A stretch of DNA of 64,000 nt from contig CAWEBP010000002.1 of assembly GCA_963807375.1 (NCBI GenBank), positions 265,856-329,855 on the forward strand. Direction: 5' to 3'. The translations under genes were made by a program, and so were the position numbers. How positions within the stretch are numbered: the first letter of the stretch is position 1; each line of letters begins with the position of its first letter. Source of the stretch: an uncultured Gammaproteobacteria bacterium. GTDB lineage: Bacteria > Pseudomonadota > Gammaproteobacteria > Nevskiales > Nevskiaceae. Under the pieces are notes generated by a model. The model was given only the letters and a program-made list of their open reading frames with translations, ran no database searches and was not told where the DNA came from. Of the stretch, positions 63,694-64,000 are shown piece by piece.

Positions 63694-64000
63694 TTATTCG
63701 TAACGCAGCGCTTCAATCGGATCGAGTTGAGATGCTTTTCGGGCTGGATAAAACCCGAACACGATGCCGACCGCCGCGCTGACGCCAAGCGCAATGCCAA
63801 CGACGTCGCCGCGGATCAGCAGCGGCCAGCCAAAGGATGTCGCGATGCGCTCGGCGGCAAAAATGCCCAGTACCACGCCGGTGAGCCCGCCGACCAGCGA
63901 TAACGCCAGCGCCTCGATCAGAAACTGCAAGCGGATGTCGCCGGGCCGTGCGCCCACCGCCATGCGCACGCCGATTTCGCGCGTGCGCTCGGTGACCGAC
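63694..64000 (-). CDS. C-terminal part of a MacB/FtsX-type ABC transporter permease (5' end outside window)
   Basis: ..MRMAVGARPGDIRLQFLIEALALSLVGGLTGVVLG...GFYPARKASQLDPIEALRYE-stop. Typical FtsX C-terminus. Confidence 0.85.
   Translation of the reverse strand, partial: SVTERTREIGVRMAVGARPGDIRLQFLIEALALSLVGGLTGVVLGIFAAERIATSFGWPLLIRGDVVGIALGVSAAVGIVFGFYPARKASQLDPIEALRYE

Overview
This is a 64-kb, GC-rich (mid-60s % by eye) chromosomal segment of a proteobacterium. Gene order and protein types resemble Xanthomonadales/Nevskiales-like Gammaproteobacteria or Betaproteobacteria. The content is almost entirely housekeeping. In order: a PilS/PilR-like two-component pair; a Ser/Thr kinase with a cNMP domain; pmbA; hisG-hisD; murA-ibaG; an ABC-2 exporter pair; the conserved rsmB-like/kdsD-kdsC-lptC-lptA-lptB-rpoN-hpf-ptsN-hprK-rapZ-EIIA(Man)-ptsH-ptsI block; mpl, rnd and adk; a pyrophosphate-related neighbourhood (Xanthomonas-type phosphofructokinase, hppA, ppa); two tandem FecR+SPOR lipoproteins; gpmA; scoAB plus HMG-CoA lyase; a Tat-exported sulfatase; a DUF1329 protein; lemA plus a GIDE/EF-hand protein; prlC; a GMC oxidoreductase; an orphan GspE-like ATPase; a Panacea (DUF4065)-like protein; and a sodium:solute symporter. 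I found no rRNA, tRNA, CRISPR array, transposase, integrase or phage genes. Two things stand out. (1) Eight dispersed copies of a 123-124-bp intergenic element have conserved 12-nt inverted termini (CCACCCGCTTGA / TCAAGCGGGTGG) and a central GGTAC-N7-GTACC palindrome placed 53-54 nt from each end. Three copies have a GC-rich companion hairpin. I do not recognise this family. (2) Many conserved genes, including essential ones, are broken by clustered frameshifts while their neighbours are intact. This looks like local assembly or polishing error rather than biology. Coordinates of the disrupted genes are therefore approximate, and they are typed as pseudogene only because the sequence as given cannot encode the intact protein.
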